Part shown: positions 53,420 through 64,000 of the stretch, piece by piece | Layout of the letters: each line of letters starts with the position of its first letter | Numbering within the stretch: position 1 is the stretch's first letter | DNA from: Planctomycetota bacterium | GTDB lineage: Bacteria; Planctomycetota; UBA1135; UBA2386 | Direction of reading: 5' to 3' | Assembly (NCBI GenBank): GCA_965228735.1 | Contig: OZ245838.1 | Coordinates: 1,024,001 to 1,088,000, forward strand | Length of the DNA: 64,000 bases | Made by a program: the position numbers and the translations under genes | Notes under the pieces: model-generated | Database searches by the model: none | The model's input: only the letters and a program-made list of their open reading frames with translations | Told to the model about the DNA's origin: nothing

Positions 53420-54382
53420 ATGCCTGCCGCGCGACTTCTGATCACTGCCTGGCTCGGCCTCTTGGCCTGCTTTGCGTCCGTGGATTCGCTCGTCGCGCAG
53501 ACCCCGGCGGGCGGTGAGGCGACGCAGGAACCGGCGGCGGCCGAGGCGGCGCACGACCACAAGTCGACGCTCGAGATGACGGTCGGCGAGATCTTCCAGT
53601 CGCAGTTCTCGCACAGCGTCCCGTACAAGATCTTCGAGCCGTCGATCTCGCCGGATCCGGCGGTCAACAGCTGGTTCACGATGTGGAACGTGAACCCGTG
53701 GCAGTTCTACTCGCTGATCATCCTCGCGCTGCTGTTCTTCCCGGTGGTGCTGAGCTTCCGGTCGGGACGGGCCAACTGGCTGACGCGCGTGCTGCGCGGC
53801 TTCTGCCTCTGGGTGCGCGACGACCTGGTCTACGCGGTGATGGGCAAGGAGGACGGCAAGAAGTTCGTGCCGTTCTTCATGTTCGTCTTCTTCTTCGTCG
53901 CGGTGCAGAGCTCGATCGGGCTGATCCCGTGGGGGAGCATCTACCTCGCGACGGGCACGCCGTACGTGACCGGCGCCTACGCGATCATCACGCTCGGCAT
54001 GATGATCGGCTTCGGCATCCAGCACAACGGCTTCATCGGCTTCTTCAAGGGCCTCGTGCCGCACGGCCTGCCCGTGCCGCTGATCCCGATCATGTTCCTG
54101 ATCGAGATCGTGTCGCTGCTCGTCAAGCCGTTCGCGCTCATGATTCGTCTGTTCGCGAACATGCTCGCCGGCCACCTCGTCATCGCGTCGTCGATCGGCC
54201 TCATCTTCCTCTTTACGAAGATGCTCGACGCATCCGCGCTGTCCTACGTCACGGCGCTGCCGTGCGTCGGGCTCGCGATCTTCATCTACATCATCAAGGC
54301 CTTCGTGGTCTTGCTGCAGGCCTACATCTTCACCCTCCTGAGCGTCACCTTCATCCAGCAGGCGATCCATCAGGAGCACTGA
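53420..54382 (+). CDS. atpB: F0F1 ATP synthase subunit a
   Basis: KPFALMIRLFANMLAGH, LQAYIFTLL; N-terminal signal-like extension. Confidence 0.95.
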   Translation: MPAARLLITAWLGLLACFASVDSLVAQTPAGGEATQEPAAAEAAHDHKSTLEMTVGEIFQSQFSHSVPYKIFEPSISPDPAVNSWFTMWNVNPWQFYSLIILALLFFPVVLSFRSGRANWLTRVLRGFCLWVRDDLVYAVMGKEDGKKFVPFFMFVFFFVAVQSSIGLIPWGSIYLATGTPYVTGAYAIITLGMMIGFGIQHNGFIGFFKGLVPHGLPVPLIPIMFLIEIVSLLVKPFALMIRLFANMLAGHLVIASSIGLIFLFTKMLDASALSYVTALPCVGLAIFIYIIKAFVVLLQAYIFTLLSVTFIQQAIHQEH

Positions 54383-54433
54383 GTTTCATTCGCACCCATA
54401 ACCCCAACTTTCAGCGTTAGTCAGGAGAACCAC

Positions 54434-54724
54434 ATGCTCGCATTCTTCCAGCAGGATCCCGAGGCCGCGGCCAAGGCTCACGAAATCGCCAAGCTCGTCG
54501 CCGAGAACACGGGCCTGGGCATTGGCGCCGGTCTCGCGGCCGGTCTCGCGGCGGTCGGCGCCGGCATGGGTATCGGTCGCATCGGCGGCTCGGCCGGCGA
54601 AGGCATCGCGCGTCAGCCGGAAGCGGCGGACGACATCAAGGGCAACGCGCTCGTGCTCGCGGCGTTCGTCGAAGGTGTCGCGCTGTTCGCGGCCGTCATC
54701 GGCCTGCTGCTCGCGGTCAAGTAA
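54434..54724 (+). CDS. atpE: F0F1 ATP synthase subunit c
   Basis: GAGMGIG, IARQPE, FVEGVALF; AGGAG RBS. Confidence 0.95.
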   Translation: MLAFFQQDPEAAAKAHEIAKLVAENTGLGIGAGLAAGLAAVGAGMGIGRIGGSAGEGIARQPEAADDIKGNALVLAAFVEGVALFAAVIGLLLAVK

Positions 54725-54847
54725 GCGGCACGCTCTGGTTGCCCAGAGCTGGTTGCTCCTAACCGTTCGCCGGTCGCGTAGCGGCCGGTGGACGCGTCGC
54801 CCCGAGCGGTTTCGGGGCGGCGATCGTCAACTTGCAGGAGACCCGAC

Positions 54848-55402
54848 GTGTACCTCTCTGATCTGATTCCCGTGTTCGTGGCCTCGGACGAAGTCCGACC
54901 GCTCGGCGCGTTGCTCGACTTCCAGGGCGGCGCCGTGATCTGGTCGTGGATCGCGTTCCTGGTCGGCCTCGTCTTCATGTGGAAGTTCGTCTACGGACCG
55001 ATCACGAAGGCGCTCGAGGAGCGTGACCAGAAGGTCGAGGACTCGATCAAGGCGGCCGAGGTCGCGCAGAAGGAAGCCGAGGCCCAGATGGCCGACGCCA
55101 AGGCCGAGCTCGAGAAGGCCCAGGCTGAGAGCCGACGCCTGGTCGAGCAGGCCACCCAGAACGCCGAGCGCCAGGCCGCCGAGGCCACGCGGGCGGCGGA
55201 GGAGAAGGCCAAGGCCGAGCTGCAGAAGGCGCGCGACGCGATCGCAGCCGAGAAGCGCAGCGCGATCCAGGAGATCCGCAGCGAGGCCGTGGCGCTGACG
55301 ATGGCGGCGACGACCAAGCTGCTGCAGACGAACGTCGACAACGAGCAGAACCGCAAGCTCGTGAGTGAGTTCGTCAGCGGTGCCGAGGGCAGCAACTCGT
55401 GA
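54848..55402 (+). CDS. atpF: F0F1 ATP synthase subunit b
   Basis: TM then WKFVYGPITKALEERDQKV and coiled coil; GTG with AGGAG RBS. Confidence 0.92.
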   Translation: MYLSDLIPVFVASDEVRPLGALLDFQGGAVIWSWIAFLVGLVFMWKFVYGPITKALEERDQKVEDSIKAAEVAQKEAEAQMADAKAELEKAQAESRRLVEQATQNAERQAAEATRAAEEKAKAELQKARDAIAAEKRSAIQEIRSEAVALTMAATTKLLQTNVDNEQNRKLVSEFVSGAEGSNS

Positions 55403-55947
55403 CGCTGCTCGCGAAGCGCTACGCCGCGGCGCTGTTCGCGCTCGCGGAGAAGGCCGGGGCGATCGATGCGATCGCTGCCGACCTGCTGGCGCTGCACGGT
55501 GAGTTCGAGGCCGACGGGCAGCCGCGTCGCGAGACGCGCGGGCTGCTCACGAGCCCGGACGTCGGCGCGCAGGAGCGCGGCGTCGTGCTCGAGAAGCTCG
55601 GCCACGGCCGCCACAAGCTCGTGCAGAACCTCATCGGCGTGCTGGAACACCGGCGCCGGCTCGAGGTGCTGTTCGACATCCATCCGGCCTTCCGCGCGCT
55701 CGTGCTGCAGCACGGCGGCGAGGTCGAGGGTGTGGTGGAGACGCCGCACCCGATCGAGAGCGGGCAGCTCGACGAGCTCACCGCGGTCGCCGGCAAGCTC
55801 ACCGGCAAGAAGGTTTCGCTGACGGTTCGCGAAGTCCCCGACCTGCTCGGTGGCGTTCGCCTGCGCGTCGGCAACGTGCTCTACGACGGCTCGATGAAGG
55901 CCGCCCTCGAGCAACTGCAGGGCCAGCTCATGCAGGCGTCGCTCTAG
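55399..55947 (+). CDS. atpH: F0F1 ATP synthase subunit delta
   Basis: AKRYAAALF, PDLLGGVRLRVG...DGS. Confidence 0.93.
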   Translation: MTLLAKRYAAALFALAEKAGAIDAIAADLLALHGEFEADGQPRRETRGLLTSPDVGAQERGVVLEKLGHGRHKLVQNLIGVLEHRRRLEVLFDIHPAFRALVLQHGGEVEGVVETPHPIESGQLDELTAVAGKLTGKKVSLTVREVPDLLGGVRLRVGNVLYDGSMKAALEQLQGQLMQASL

Positions 55948-56015
55948 CGCCGCCGATCGCCATCGGCCGACCCACGACTGACATTCCACAGACAGCTACC
56001 CCTTACTGAATCGAC

Positions 56016-57557
<1,542 letters not shown>

Positions 57558-57613
57558 GCCGCGCGTTTCGATTCCGCCCGATCCAGCACCCGTAACCCGA
57601 AAGCTTCCTCCAG

Positions 57614-58492
57614 ATGGCGAACCTCAAGGAACTCCGCGGCCGCATCAAGTCGGTGGCCAGCATCGCGCAGATCACCGGCGCGATGGAGATGGTCGCGTCG
57701 ATGAAGCTGCGCAAGGTGCAGGCCAAGGCACAGAGCTTCCACCCGTACACCGAGGAGATCCGCCACATGATCGAGCGGCTCGCCGGGCACGTGGACGAGG
57801 ACGCCGAGCTGCCGCTGTTCCAGGCGCGCGAGGTCAAGACGGTCGGGGTCTTCGTGATCACGTCCGACCGCGGCCTCTGCGGGTCGTACAACACCAACGT
57901 CCTGTCGATGCTGAAGCGCCAGGTCGACGAGCTGGTGGCCGCGGGCAAGAAGGTCAAGTTCTGGGTCTACGGCCGCAAGGGCTACACCTGGCTGCAGCGG
58001 CGCGGGTTCGAGGTCGACCGGTTCTTCGTGGAGCCGCCCCTCGACAAGGCGGACTTCCAGGCCGCCAAGATCGTCGGCGACGAGCTCGTCAAGGCGTTCA
58101 GCGACGGCGAGATCGACGAGGTCCGCCTGCACTACACCCGGTTCGCTTCGGTCGCGCGCTTCGTGCCGACCGAGGAGCCGTTCCTGCCGATCACGTCGAT
58201 CGCCGTCGGCGACGACGCGGCGACCAAGTACGAACTCGACTTCCTGCTCGAGCCGGACGCATCGACGGTGTTCAACCGCCTGATGCCGCGCTACCTCGAG
58301 ACCGTGATCTTCGACGCGATGCTGCAGTCGCTCGCGAGCGAGCACGCCTCGCGCCGCATGGCGATGAAGGGCGCGACGGACGCCGCGGGGCGCATGAGCA
58401 AGGACCTCAAGAAGGTCTACAACCGCGCCCGCCAGGAAACGATCACCAAGGAGCTGCTCGACATCGTCGGCGGCGCCAACGCCGTCAGCTGA
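57614..58492 (+). CDS. atpG: F0F1 ATP synthase subunit gamma
   Basis: ITGAMEMVA, SDRGLCG, SEHASR.MAM, NRARQ..IT.ELLDIVGGA. Confidence 0.97.
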   Translation: MANLKELRGRIKSVASIAQITGAMEMVASMKLRKVQAKAQSFHPYTEEIRHMIERLAGHVDEDAELPLFQAREVKTVGVFVITSDRGLCGSYNTNVLSMLKRQVDELVAAGKKVKFWVYGRKGYTWLQRRGFEVDRFFVEPPLDKADFQAAKIVGDELVKAFSDGEIDEVRLHYTRFASVARFVPTEEPFLPITSIAVGDDAATKYELDFLLEPDASTVFNRLMPRYLETVIFDAMLQSLASEHASRRMAMKGATDAAGRMSKDLKKVYNRARQETITKELLDIVGGANAVS

Positions 58493-60010
<1,518 letters not shown>

Positions 60011-60067
60011 TCGCGACCGTCTCCGCAAGCCGCGATCGATCCACATACACCCGAGCCGAGCCCTCCG

Positions 60068-60502
60068 ATGGAACGCGAACTCCACCTGCGCATCGTCACC
60101 CCGGACCGCACGATCATCGACCGCAAGGTCAAGGAGGTCACGTTCCTGGGCGTCGACGGCAGCTACGGCGTGCTGCCGAACCACGCGCCGCTGATGACGG
60201 CCGTGTCGCAGGCCGGCACGGTGTCGATCAAGGAGACCGACGGCTCGACGAAGAACCTGTTTGCGAGCGACGGCTTCGCGCAGATGCAGAACAACGTGCT
60301 CACGCTCGTCTGCGAGGCCGGTGAGTTCGCGACCGAGATCGACCTCGAGCGGGTGAAGCAGGCCGAAGAGACCGCGCGCGCCAAGCTGGCCGGCCTCGAC
60401 CGCCTCAGCAGCGAGTTCATCAAGGCCGAGGCCCAGCTCAAGAAGGCGCTGGCCCGCGAGATGCTCGTCCGCAAGAGCGGCGGCACCGGCGGCCTCGCGT
60501 AG
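60068..60502 (+). CDS. atpC: F0F1 ATP synthase subunit epsilon
   Basis: LRIVTPDR, GVLPNHAP, C-terminal helical hairpin. Confidence 0.95.
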   Translation: MERELHLRIVTPDRTIIDRKVKEVTFLGVDGSYGVLPNHAPLMTAVSQAGTVSIKETDGSTKNLFASDGFAQMQNNVLTLVCEAGEFATEIDLERVKQAEETARAKLAGLDRLSSEFIKAEAQLKKALAREMLVRKSGGTGGLA

Positions 60503-60553
60503 TCGGTCTCGCCTGTCGGCCCTACGCAGTCGGCCCCACGCGGTCGGGCCGCG

Positions 60554-61084
60554 TCAGCGCGGCCGTTCCGCGCCCTCACCCGCGTTGCCGGGCGGACCGC
60601 CCGGCGTCGACGTGTGGCCCAGCACGACGTGCCACCCGTCGGTGGTGCGTTCGAGCAGCAGCGTCATCGCGCCACCGTAGCGATGCACGGGGTTGCCTTC
60701 GACAGTGAGCTCGGTGGCGAAGCCGGACCGCAGCGACGCGACGTCATCCGCGACCATGACCACCTCGACGTCGGACACCTCGGTCACGAAGGTCATCCCC
60801 GCGTAGCGCGCCAGGCCGGCCGCGACCTCGGCTGGCGCGGAGTACGACAGCTGGCCGTCCGTGTACCACGCGAAGCGCTGGTCGGGACAGAACAGTTCCA
60901 CGACCCGTGCCGCGTCGCCGCTCGCGATCGTGGCGACGTAGTGATCGAGGAACGCCCGCGCGCTGGTAGCTCGTGCGGCCCGATCCACGGTCGGGGCGCC
61001 AGGCGAACACCCGGCGAGCAGCGCGCCGAGCAGGCTGGCGCCCACGCAACGCCGGATCGAACGACGTCGGGCGAGCCAGGTCAT
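60554..61084 (-). CDS. NTF2/SnoaL-like (DUF4440) lipoprotein
   Basis: Lipobox LAGC; AMTLLLERTTDGWHVVLGHTS; ATGA-coupled to the VOC gene. Confidence 0.7.
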   Translation of the reverse strand: MTWLARRRSIRRCVGASLLGALLAGCSPGAPTVDRAARATSARAFLDHYVATIASGDAARVVELFCPDQRFAWYTDGQLSYSAPAEVAAGLARYAGMTFVTEVSDVEVVMVADDVASLRSGFATELTVEGNPVHRYGGAMTLLLERTTDGWHVVLGHTSTPGGPPGNAGEGAERPR

Positions 61085-61461
61085 CCGTTCACCCCGTCGA
61101 GATACTGCATCGCCCCAGCGACGTTGCCCTCGGTGTCGCGGAACATCACGAGCGTGCCGACCCCTTCGATGAGGAACGGCGCCATCGTGACCGTGCCGCC
61201 GTGCTCCGCGATCGCGGCTGCGATCGCCTCGACCTCGGTGACCGAGATCGAACACTCGTAGCCGATCATCCCGGCGCCGGTAACGGGCTCACGCCGCTTC
61301 TGCAGCGCGCCGTGCACCGCGGCGCCGGGACTCGTGTGGATCCGCCAGAACTCGGGCGGCCCCCAGGGCTCGAAGGTCCAGCCGAAGACGTTCTCGTAGA
61401 ACGCTTTCGCGCGCTGGCAGTCGTCGGCGTGGATGGCGAAGTGGGCGATGTCGTTGGGCAT
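61081..61461 (-). CDS. VOC/glyoxalase-family protein
   Basis: HFAIHADD..RAKAFYENVFGW, FRDTEGN. Confidence 0.88.
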   Translation of the reverse strand: MPNDIAHFAIHADDCQRAKAFYENVFGWTFEPWGPPEFWRIHTSPGAAVHGALQKRREPVTGAGMIGYECSISVTEVEAIAAAIAEHGGTVTMAPFLIEGVGTLVMFRDTEGNVAGAMQYLDGVNG

Positions 61462-61516
61462 GCCGGGCACCCTAGCGACCTTTCGCGATGGCGCGCTTGC
61501 GCTATCCTGCCAAGAT

Positions 61517-62311
61517 ATGTCGGCTACACGCCAATCGAGGCCCAATGCGTGGCCGCACCCCGAGGCCGCGATCATCGCGCGTTCGCTGGCGCTCCGGTTG
61601 CCGCCGGACCATCGCCTGGAGCCGCACCGGCACGCGTGGGCGCAGGTGGTCTACGCAACCGAAGGGGTCATGACGGTCCACACCGAGGACGGCACGTGGG
61701 TCGTGCCCCCGCAGCGGGCCGCGTGGGTGCCGGGCGGGATGGAGCACGAGGTCGAAACGACCGGTCGGGTCCGGATGCGCACGGTCTACCTGCGCGGGGA
61801 CCGGACGACCGGATTGCCGGAGCATGGCGCGGTGCTCGCCGTGACGCCGCTGCTGCGCGAGCTGATCCTCGAGACGATCCGGCGCGGGATGTTGCGCGAA
61901 GACGTGCCCGAGGAGGCCCGGCTCGTCGACGTCCTCGTCGATCAGCTCCGCGAACTGCCGGCAGCACCGCTGCAGCTGGCGTGGCCGCGCGACCCGCGCG
62001 CTCGGGTCGTCGCCGAACGCGTAACTGCGGATCTCGCTGCCGCCGCACCTCTCACGATCCTGGCCGAAGGCAGCGGCGCGAGTGTGCGCACGTTGGAGCG
62101 GCTGTTTCGGCGCGAGACCGACATGACGTTTCACGGCTGGCGGCAGCAGGCCCGGCTCATGGAGGCCATGCGTCGGCTCGCCGCCGGCGAATCCGTGACC
62201 ACCACGGCGCTGGCGGTCGGTTTCCAGGGCGCGAGCGCGTTCATCGCGATGTTCCAACGTCTGCTCGGCAGCACCCCCGGTGCCTACTTCCGGCGCGATT
62301 CCGGGAGCTGA
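61517..62311 (+). CDS. AraC-family regulator with cupin domain
   Basis: HRHAWAQ, WVVPPQRA.WVP...H, RTLERLF, WRQQARL, SAFIAMF...G.TP. Confidence 0.9.
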   Translation: MSATRQSRPNAWPHPEAAIIARSLALRLPPDHRLEPHRHAWAQVVYATEGVMTVHTEDGTWVVPPQRAAWVPGGMEHEVETTGRVRMRTVYLRGDRTTGLPEHGAVLAVTPLLRELILETIRRGMLREDVPEEARLVDVLVDQLRELPAAPLQLAWPRDPRARVVAERVTADLAAAAPLTILAEGSGASVRTLERLFRRETDMTFHGWRQQARLMEAMRRLAAGESVTTTALAVGFQGASAFIAMFQRLLGSTPGAYFRRDSGS

Positions 62312-62422
62312 CGCCGACCACCGGGTTTTCTCCGGAATCGCCATGCGATTGGCCGATTGCTCCCGGCCCCGGTTTCCCGGGGGTTTCGGGACGCTACACT
62401 CGTCGGCCCGTTTTCGAACCCA

Positions 62423-63646
62423 ATGCGCATGAACCTCATTGCCACCATGGCGCTGGCCTTGGCCACGCCGTCCTTGTCCGCCCTCTCGCTGCCCCAGGAC
62501 CCGGCACCGCCGGAGCAGGGCATCCCGGAGTGCGATTCGATGCAGAAGACCGCGTCCGGGCTCGAGTACGGCGTCCTGAAGGCCGGCGAACCGACGGGCG
62601 AGGCCCCGAAGCCCGACGACATCGTCGTGGTGCACTACACGGGCTGGCTCACGGACGGCAAGAAGTTCGACTCGTCGCGCGATCGCGGCCAGCCGGCCAA
62701 ATTCGGCGTTACCGGCGTGATCCCCGGCTGGGTCGAGGGCCTGCAGCTCATGAAGCCGGGTGCGCGTTACAAGTTCGTGATCCCGGCCGATCTGGGCTAC
62801 GGCGAGCGCGCGACCGGCTCGATCCCGGCCAACAGCACCCTGGTCTTCGACGTCGAGCTCCTCGAGGTCATCCGCATGCCGGTCTACCCGCCGAAGCCCG
62901 AGAGCATCGAGACGAAGTCGACGAAGAGCGGCGTGAAGTTCCAGATCCTCGTTCCCGGCAAGGGCGAGAACTGCACGGAGAACGACGCCGTCCAGTTCCG
63001 CTACGCGGTGTGGCGATTGAAGCCGCAGACCGACGACGAGATGGACTCGGGTGCTGCGCGGGTCGTCATGGACCTGATGGACTGCTCGCAGAAGGCGGAT
63101 GACCGCAAGCTCTCCGGCAGCGCGGCCGCGATGCCGCTGCCGTGGATGGGGGAGCTCGTCAGCCACTTCAAGGACGGCACGAAGATGCGTATCGAGGTGC
63201 CGCAGAAGCTGCTCCCGCGATCCAACGCCGACACCGTCTGGACCCTCGAGCTCACGGGCCGGAAGACGATCAAGATGCCGAAGTTCCGCCAGCTCGACGC
63301 GGCCAAGATCGTCACGACCGACTCGGGGCTGCAGTACGAGGTCATCGAGTCGGGCGAGGGCGACAGCCCGAAGGCGACCGACACGGTCAAGGTCGACTAC
63401 ACGGGCTGGCTCACGGACGGCACGATGTTCGACAGCTCGCACGCGCGCGGCGAGTCGACCCAGTTCCCGCTCAACCGCGTGATTCGCGGTTGGACCGAAG
63501 GCCTGCAGCTGATGAAGCCGGGCGGCAAGTTCCTGTTCCAGATCCCGGGCGAACTGGCCTACGGCAAGCGCGGCTCGCCGCCGAAGATCCCGGCCGACGC
63601 GACACTGATCTTCCTCGTCGAGCTGCACGAAGTTCTCGGCCGCTGA
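62423..63646 (+). CDS. secreted multi-domain FKBP peptidyl-prolyl isomerase
   Basis: Two intact FKBP domains (HYTGWLTDG..FDSS...VI.GW.EGLQLM) flanking a degenerate one; signal peptide. Confidence 0.9.
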   Translation: MRMNLIATMALALATPSLSALSLPQDPAPPEQGIPECDSMQKTASGLEYGVLKAGEPTGEAPKPDDIVVVHYTGWLTDGKKFDSSRDRGQPAKFGVTGVIPGWVEGLQLMKPGARYKFVIPADLGYGERATGSIPANSTLVFDVELLEVIRMPVYPPKPESIETKSTKSGVKFQILVPGKGENCTENDAVQFRYAVWRLKPQTDDEMDSGAARVVMDLMDCSQKADDRKLSGSAAAMPLPWMGELVSHFKDGTKMRIEVPQKLLPRSNADTVWTLELTGRKTIKMPKFRQLDAAKIVTTDSGLQYEVIESGEGDSPKATDTVKVDYTGWLTDGTMFDSSHARGESTQFPLNRVIRGWTEGLQLMKPGGKFLFQIPGELAYGKRGSPPKIPADATLIFLVELHEVLGR

Positions 63647-63700
63647 GTCGTCGGCCACCGAGTCGTCGGCTGCTGGGCGGCCGCGGCCGGCGAGGTCGCG

Positions 63701-64000
63701 TCAGGTCGCGAGCTGGCCGCACGCGGCCATCACGCTGCGACCCTTCGTGAGCCGGCGCCGCACGGGCAGGCCGGCTGCACGCAGCAGCGCGACGAAGCGC
63801 TGCACCTCGGCTTCCTCGGGCGCTCGCGCGATCGGCCGGCTGCCCGGGTTGTAGGGGATGACGTGCACGAGCACGCGGCCGAGCGGTTCGCAGAAGCGCG
63901 CGATCGCGCGGGCGTCCGCGGGGCTGTCGTTGATCCCGGGCAGCAGGCACCAGTGGATGCCGAGCGCGAGGTTCTTGCGCTGGCGGTAGTCCACGAGGGC
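63701..64000 (-). CDS. rlmN: RlmN/Cfr-like radical SAM enzyme, C-terminal part
   Basis: LLPGINDS, VIPYNP, GRSVMAACGQL; runs off the window end. Confidence 0.75.
   Translation of the reverse strand, partial: ALVDYRQRKNLALGIHWCLLPGINDSPADARAIARFCEPLGRVLVHVIPYNPGSRPIARAPEEAEVQRFVALLRAAGLPVRRRLTKGRSVMAACGQLAT

Overview
Very GC-rich bacterial chromosomal segment, probably from an uncultured Planctomycetota lineage. This is an inference from the DUF1559-like prepilin, the BlaI/M56 pair, a HEAT lipoprotein and many secreted FG-GAP/beta-propeller proteins. Most of the window is housekeeping: tRNA-Cys/tRNA-Leu(TAA), ggt-rpe-accD-truD, recC-recB-recD, eda, a YtrA-type GntR/ABC module, xerC, a serA...serB/class-V aminotransferase serine cluster split by BlaI/M56, a priming sugar transferase, yajC, mnmA, HU, a complete atp operon, AraC/VOC, FKBP and a partial RlmN-like gene. 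No CRISPR, IS or prophage was seen. The most interesting signal is a ~120-135 aa two-cysteine module shared by six otherwise mostly unrelated, mostly secreted proteins, placed at the C-terminus, N-terminus or internally; it is a candidate lineage-specific surface-display or docking system. Other notable signals are an in-frame YraN nuclease/sugar-transferase ORF, repeated TANNNT-N6-9-start leaderless architecture including a 23-bp bidirectional promoter, two clean operator palindromes, a REP/BIME-like repeat cluster, and a Lys at a normally Glu/His channel position of ATP synthase subunit a. Start codons were re-picked by eye. All family calls come from motif recognition, not database searches.
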